A stretch of DNA of 63,957 bases, counting the filler, from a bacterium (GTDB taxonomy: Bacteria; JALSQH01): NCBI GenBank assembly GCA_026985515.1. It is 6 parts of 6 records of this genome, joined end to end, with 100 filler letters (N's around TTAATTAATTAA, not from the genome) between each part and the next. Parts side by side here need not be neighbours in the genome. Positions count along the whole stretch, not along the records: positions 56,910 to 63,957 come from JALSQH010000236.1; 5 more parts are not named here. One strand, written 5' to 3'. Positions 58,356-63,957 of the stretch are shown here, piece after piece; positions within the stretch are counted from its first letter, which is position 1; each line of letters opens with the position of its first letter. Below the pieces are notes generated by a model. It did no database searches. It had not been told where the DNA came from and worked only from the letters and a program-made list of their open reading frames with translations. A program made the position numbers and the translations under genes.

Positions 58356-60110
58356 TTAGTACCTCCTTTCTTGGGGTGGAAATCTGGTAATAACAACATT
58401 TCTCTGTTTAATAAGAGGTTCCTTGCCTTCCTGCTTAAACGCCAGTGTGTGCTTGAGAAAATGCTCATCATCTCTATTAGGATAATCAACCCTTGAGTGT
58501 GCACCCCTGCTCTCCTTCCTGAAGAGGGCAGAAGCTACAAGGGCCTCGGCATAGTTCAACATATTTTCAAGTTCCAGTGCTTCCTTCAGCTCCATATTGA
58601 AAGTGGTACTCTTATCCTCAACATAGACATTCTTATATCTCTCCTGCAGTTCCTTTATCTTATCAAGAGCCTTGATCAACTTCTCCTCAGTTCTGAAAAC
58701 AGAGACATTCTCCCACATGGTCTCCTGCAGTTCTTCTCTCAGCTTACTCACCTTTTCACCACTGTTTCTTGAAAGGATAGCCTTTATCTTCTCCTCCTGC
58801 TCCTTACCAACATCCTCCGGAAGATCCTTTATTTTTATTGTATCAAGTATTTCTACCATGTGTTTACCAACTCTCCTTCCAAACACAATGGTATCTGTCA
58901 TTGAATTGGCTCCAAGCCTGTTTGCACCATGGAGTGATTCACATGCTGCTTCGCCGCCTGCGTAAAGCCTCTTCACAACCTTTGAAACCTCACCATCAGG
59001 ACCAACATCAGCAACAACCTCACCTGTCTCATGATGAGTTGGGATTCCACCCATCATGTAGTGCATTGTGGGCATAACAGGAATCGGTTCTTTTGTACAA
59101 TCAACACCTGTATATGTTTTTGCAAATTTCCAGATTTCAGGAAGTTTTTCCATAATTGCATCTTTCCCAATATGATCAATCTTGAGAAGGACATGATCCT
59201 TCTTTGGTCCAACGCCTCTTCCTTCCATGATTTCCGTGTAGATTGCTCTGGAAACAACATCCCTTGGAGCAAGGTCTTTGAAGTCAGGAGCGTATCTCTC
59301 CATGAATCTCTCACCCTTGCTATTTATAAGATATCCACCTTCTCCCCTGACACCCTCTGTAATAAGAATTCCGAGAGGATAGAGCCCCGTGGGATGAAAC
59401 TGAGGAAATTCCATATCCTGCAGAGGCAGACCCTTTCTGTATATCATTCCAAAACCGTCACCTGTGTACTCATGGGCGTTACTTGTAATCTTGTAAATCC
59501 TTCCTCCACCACCTGTTGCAAGCATTACAGCCTTTGACTGAAAGATGTGGAGTTCTGTCGTTCTTATATCGTAGGCAACAACTCCCCTGACAACATAATC
59601 ACCTTCCTCTTCATCCAGAATCAGATCCATAACAAAAAACTCAGGATAATACTTCACTCCGAGCCTTATGCTCTGCTCAAAGAGAGTGTGAAGAAGAGCA
59701 TGACCTGTTCTGTCAGCAGCATGAGCTATTCTGGTCCTCTGATGACCTCCAAAATCCCTCTGGGAAATCCTTCCATCAGGCATCCTGGAAAAAGGAGTTC
59801 CCCAGTGCTCCATCTCGATTATGGCCTTGGGAGCCTCCTTTGCAAAATACTCAACAATGTTCTGATCAGCCAGGTAATCGCTTCCTTTAACAGTATCAAA
59901 CATGTGGAGTAACCAGGTATCAACTCCTCTTTTAAGGTTGTTATTCAGCACTGCTGCCGCTCCACCCTGAGCAGCAGTTGAATGGGACCTTGTCGGAAAT
60001 ACTTTTGATATTACTGCAACATCGGCAACCGGTGCCACCTCAACAGCAGCCCTTGTCCCCGCCAGACCGGCGCCGACGATGATGACATCATGATAGTGAA
60101 AGTGTATCAT
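58356..60110 (-). CDS. sdhA: Succinate dehydrogenase flavoprotein subunit
   Basis: [38 protein letters not shown]. Confidence 0.97.
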   Translation of the reverse strand: MIHFHYHDVIIVGAGLAGTRAAVEVAPVADVAVISKVFPTRSHSTAAQGGAAAVLNNNLKRGVDTWLLHMFDTVKGSDYLADQNIVEYFAKEAPKAIIEMEHWGTPFSRMPDGRISQRDFGGHQRTRIAHAADRTGHALLHTLFEQSIRLGVKYYPEFFVMDLILDEEEGDYVVRGVVAYDIRTTELHIFQSKAVMLATGGGGRIYKITSNAHEYTGDGFGMIYRKGLPLQDMEFPQFHPTGLYPLGILITEGVRGEGGYLINSKGERFMERYAPDFKDLAPRDVVSRAIYTEIMEGRGVGPKKDHVLLKIDHIGKDAIMEKLPEIWKFAKTYTGVDCTKEPIPVMPTMHYMMGGIPTHHETGEVVADVGPDGEVSKVVKRLYAGGEAACESLHGANRLGANSMTDTIVFGRRVGKHMVEILDTIKIKDLPEDVGKEQEEKIKAILSRNSGEKVSKLREELQETMWENVSVFRTEEKLIKALDKIKELQERYKNVYVEDKSTTFNMELKEALELENMLNYAEALVASALFRKESRGAHSRVDYPNRDDEHFLKHTLAFKQEGKEPLIKQRNVVITRFPPQERRY

Positions 60111-60123
60111 TTTGCCTACCTCC

Positions 60124-60480
60124 TTATTTTAATCCAAAAGGAATCAATGTTACCGCTGCAAGGAAAAAGAGAAAAACTCCAACAAGCACAAGAATGGTAT
60201 AAATAACAGCTCTCCAGCCCTCACTCCTGACATAATCCTGAATAGCCATCCATATTCCGTTGAGCCCGTGATAGAGGGCAAATACCACGAAACTCAGATC
60301 GAGCATCTTCCAGTAGGGATCACTCAGTCTCCCCACAATATTTTCGTAGGTTATTTCACCGGTTCCGGTGAAGTGCATTATGGTAAAGTGAAGTAAAAGG
60401 ATCACAAAGAGGAAGATACCTGTGATCCTCTGATAAAACCATGCAAATGCTCCACTATTTCCACTTGATTTGAAACTCAT
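60124..60480 (-). CDS. sdhD: Succinate dehydrogenase membrane anchor
   Basis: W..QRITG, YHGLNG...DY; three TM helices. Confidence 0.9.
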   Translation of the reverse strand: MSFKSSGNSGAFAWFYQRITGIFLFVILLLHFTIMHFTGTGEITYENIVGRLSDPYWKMLDLSFVVFALYHGLNGIWMAIQDYVRSEGWRAVIYTILVLVGVFLFFLAAVTLIPFGLK

Positions 60481-60492
60481 TTTCTACCTCCT

Positions 60493-60906
60493 TTAATGGA
60501 TCATATGAAGAGCCATAATTATTCCGCCACCAACCCACAGTACCACAAAGAGAAAAAGGACGATGAAAAACAGCTGCTTCTGATACTTCGACCCGTGCCA
60601 GAAGTCCACTATAATGACTCTCATTCCGTTGAAGGCATGATACACAATAACTCCCCACAAACCAATTTCGAGAACCTTGAAGAGGGGCGTTCCAACAGCC
60701 TGCATTACCTGATCAAAGGCAGCCGGTCCCCTTGAAAGATGATGGATAACCCAGATGTGGAGCAACAGGTAAAAAACGAGAGCCCATCCAGAAAGTCTAT
60801 GAAGAACCCACGCAAAAGAACCCCAGAACCACTTGTAATCCCACTCGAACCAGCGTTTTCTGTCGAGGACCTGTTCTTTATACTTTGGTGACATATAGAG
60901 TGACAT
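60493..60906 (-). CDS. sdhC: Succinate dehydrogenase cytochrome b subunit
   Basis: LHRLSG, YHAFNGMR; three TM helices. Confidence 0.9.
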   Translation of the reverse strand: MSLYMSPKYKEQVLDRKRWFEWDYKWFWGSFAWVLHRLSGWALVFYLLLHIWVIHHLSRGPAAFDQVMQAVGTPLFKVLEIGLWGVIVYHAFNGMRVIIVDFWHGSKYQKQLFFIVLFLFVVLWVGGGIIMALHMIH

Positions 60907-60925
60907 GGCACTACCTCCTTATGAC

Positions 60926-61489
60926 TTAAAGCTCTATTTCCCTGTACTTTGACTGTCCAATCTCGTAGAGATCATTTCCATAAATATCATCAACAACCAC
61001 CGCCGGAAAATCTTCAACAACAAGTTCCCTGAGAGCCTCTGGACCAAGATCCTCATAGGCAATTATTTTTGCCGATTTTACTCTTCTTGCAAGAAGAGCT
61101 CCTGCTCCGCCTGTAGCAGCAAAATAGACAGCCTTGTATTTGACACAGGCTTCCCTGACTTCCTTCGACCTGGAACCCTTTCCTATCATTCCTTTGAGGC
61201 CAAGCTCAATGAGAATCGGAGCATAGGGGTCCATCCTGTAGCTTGTTGTGGGACCTATAGAACCAATAGGATAGCCGGGCTTTGCAGGTGCGGGCCCTGC
61301 ATAGTAGATGACTGCACCTTTAATATCGAAGGGTAAAGGCTCACCTTTTTTTATAGCCTCAACCATTCTCTTGTGGGCAGTATCTCTACCCACATAAATA
61401 ATCCCTGAAATTAAAACATTATCCCCTGCATGGAGGTCTGCAACAACCTCATCAGTCAGGGGAGTGGTCAATCTCTTATATTCGGTCAT
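60926..61489 (-). CDS. fumB: Class I (Fe-S) fumarate hydratase beta subunit
   Basis: GRDTAHKR, GPTTSYRM, MIGKG, GGAGAL; TCA context. Confidence 0.9.
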   Translation of the reverse strand: MTEYKRLTTPLTDEVVADLHAGDNVLISGIIYVGRDTAHKRMVEAIKKGEPLPFDIKGAVIYYAGPAPAKPGYPIGSIGPTTSYRMDPYAPILIELGLKGMIGKGSRSKEVREACVKYKAVYFAATGGAGALLARRVKSAKIIAYEDLGPEALRELVVEDFPAVVVDDIYGNDLYEIGQSKYREIEL

Positions 61490-61511
61490 TTTACACCTCT
61501 TCTTCTTGAGG

Positions 61512-62357
61512 TTAAATTATTCTCTCTTTATGCCTTGACATGTGACACTGAATATTAACAGCAACTGGTAAGCTTGCAATGTGAACAGGTTCCATAAGCA
61601 TGTGAACATCAAGAGCTGTAAACTTTCCTCCAAGACCCTGGGGACCAACACCTGTTTTGTTTATAAGTTCAAGTAGCTCTTCCTCATACCTGGCAACTTC
61701 AGGATCAGGATTCCTTACACCCACAGGTATCATGAGAGCCTTTTTTGCAAGATAGGCTGACCTTTCAATGGTACCACCAACTCCCACACCCACAATTATG
61801 GGGGGACAGGGATTGGGACCTGCTTCAATAACTCTTCTCACCACAAAATCTCTTACACCTTCCCAGCCATCAGCTGGTTTCAACATGGTTGCCCTGCTCA
61901 TATTTTCGCTTCCGCCACCCTTGGCAGCAAAAATGATTTTAACCTTATCTCCCGGTACGATCTCTATGTGGACAGTTGCCGGAGTGTTGTCTCCGATATT
62001 CTTTCTGGTGAATGGATGACATGTTGACTTCCTCAAATACCCTTCCTGATATCCCTGCCTGACTCCTTCATTTATGGCATCGATGAGATTTCCACCAACA
62101 AAGTGGACATCCTGACCAATTTCAAGGAAAACAACTGCAAGACCCGTATCCTGACAGGCGGGAAGCTGTTCCTCTGCAGCGATTCTGTCATTCTCGAGTA
62201 TCTGCTGTAATACAGCTTTTCCAGCAGGAGAAACCTCAATTTTAAGCCCTTCCTCAAGTTTTTTTATCACATCATCAGGCAAATAATAGTTCGCCTCCAT
62301 TGACATCTCTTTAATGGCCTTTGTGATTTCGCTTACATCTATTTCTCTAACTGGCAT
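61512..62357 (-). CDS. fumA: Class I (Fe-S) fumarate hydratase alpha subunit
   Basis: CQDTG, KGGGSEN, NPCPP, G.GPQGLGG, HIASLPVAVNIQCH. Confidence 0.9.
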   Translation of the reverse strand: MPVREIDVSEITKAIKEMSMEANYYLPDDVIKKLEEGLKIEVSPAGKAVLQQILENDRIAAEEQLPACQDTGLAVVFLEIGQDVHFVGGNLIDAINEGVRQGYQEGYLRKSTCHPFTRKNIGDNTPATVHIEIVPGDKVKIIFAAKGGGSENMSRATMLKPADGWEGVRDFVVRRVIEAGPNPCPPIIVGVGVGGTIERSAYLAKKALMIPVGVRNPDPEVARYEEELLELINKTGVGPQGLGGKFTALDVHMLMEPVHIASLPVAVNIQCHMSRHKERII

Positions 62358-62386
62358 AATTATGCCCCTTGTTAAAAGTTGACACT

Positions 62387-62412
62387 AAAAAAGGGGGCTT
62401 ATGCCCCCTTTT
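62387..62412 (-). terminator. Intrinsic terminator after mdh
   Basis: AAAAGGGGGC-ATAA-GCCCCCTTTTTT on the minus strand. Confidence 0.8.
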
Positions 62413-62417
62413 CGTAC

Positions 62418-63455
<1,038 letters not shown>

Positions 63456-63957
63456 TTAAATTTCACCTTTTTCTTTCATTCTCTTTTCAATCAGTTTCTT
63501 GGTGTAGGGTAATTTTCCTCCCTCAAGGAGATACTGCCTCTGGAGCTTCGTAGCATAAATCTTAACTTCGAACTCCTTATTCTTTGTTTTGTTCAACACT
63601 TTAACTGTTTCAGCGCCAGATGCAATGGCCTCTCTCAGACCCTTTATTTCCAGCTCATCACCCTGGTCAATCTCATCGTAGTCAGACTCATTTATAAAAA
63701 GTAGAGGGGTGATTCCAAAGTTGCAGAGATTGGCCTGGTGAATCCTCTCTATGGTCTTGGCAATAACAGCTTTGACTCCAAGGAATGCAGGACAGATAGC
63801 AGCATGCTCTCTACTGGAACCCTGCCCATAACTCCATCCACCCACAATAACATTGTGAATGCCATTATCCCTGTTTTCTGCTGCTCTCCTGGAAAAAGTG
63901 GGATCAACCACCTCAAACACAAATTCCGCATATTTTGGAATATTTGATCTGTATTTC
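63456..63957 (-). CDS. Aconitate hydratase, C-terminal swivel domain (partial)
   Basis: YGQGSSREHAA, ERIHQANLCNFGI.PL; TCA context. Confidence 0.9.
   Translation of the reverse strand, partial: KYRSNIPKYAEFVFEVVDPTFSRRAAENRDNGIHNVIVGGWSYGQGSSREHAAICPAFLGVKAVIAKTIERIHQANLCNFGITPLLFINESDYDEIDQGDELEIKGLREAIASGAETVKVLNKTKNKEFEVKIYATKLQRQYLLEGGKLPYTKKLIEKRMKEKGEI

Overview
This window is not one continuous locus. It holds six fragments joined by artificial 100-bp spacers (N44-TTAATTAATTAA-N44) at 26881-26980, 34456-34555, 41991-42090, 49443-49542 and 56810-56909, as expected of a concatenated draft genome or MAG. The DNA is very gene-dense, and many proteins are Glu/Lys-rich, which suggests a thermophile (inference). 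Gene orders (rimP-nusA-infB-DUF503-rbfA-nrnA-truB-rpsO-pnp-dut; dapB-FAH-dapL-folK; secA-argJ) fit a 'deltaproteobacterial' (Myxococcota/Desulfobacterota-related) bacterium. Fragment 1 carries a TPR protein, an ATPase-less MshEN protein, a TPR lipoprotein with an AgmX/PglI (TonB-C-like) tail, tldD-pncA-pncB, a PAP2 phosphatase, a large degenerate CehA/McbA-like lipoprotein, smc-ftsY, rpoZ, the rimP-dut cluster, a divergent larE and partial aroB. Fragment 2 is an AT-richer surface-glycan cluster with a sulfotransferase. Fragment 3 has an acyl-CoA dehydrogenase, two exported hydrolases, dap/fol genes and a partial apbE. Fragment 4 has a Glt-like TPR operon behind a class II CRP-type promoter, a UDP-sugar dehydrogenase, a FadE24/FadE23-like pair and partial proS. 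Fragment 5 has the secA end, argJ, fbaB, purD, holC, rlpA, radA and a beta-propeller lipoprotein. Fragment 6 is a TCA cluster (acn-mdh-fumAB-sdhCDAB-sucC). The most interesting signal is a set of myxobacterial Glt/gliding-type envelope components with unusual architecture, plus several apparent pseudoenzymes. No rRNA, tRNA, CRISPR array or mobile element was recognised. All family assignments are by-eye motif recognition; no database search was run.
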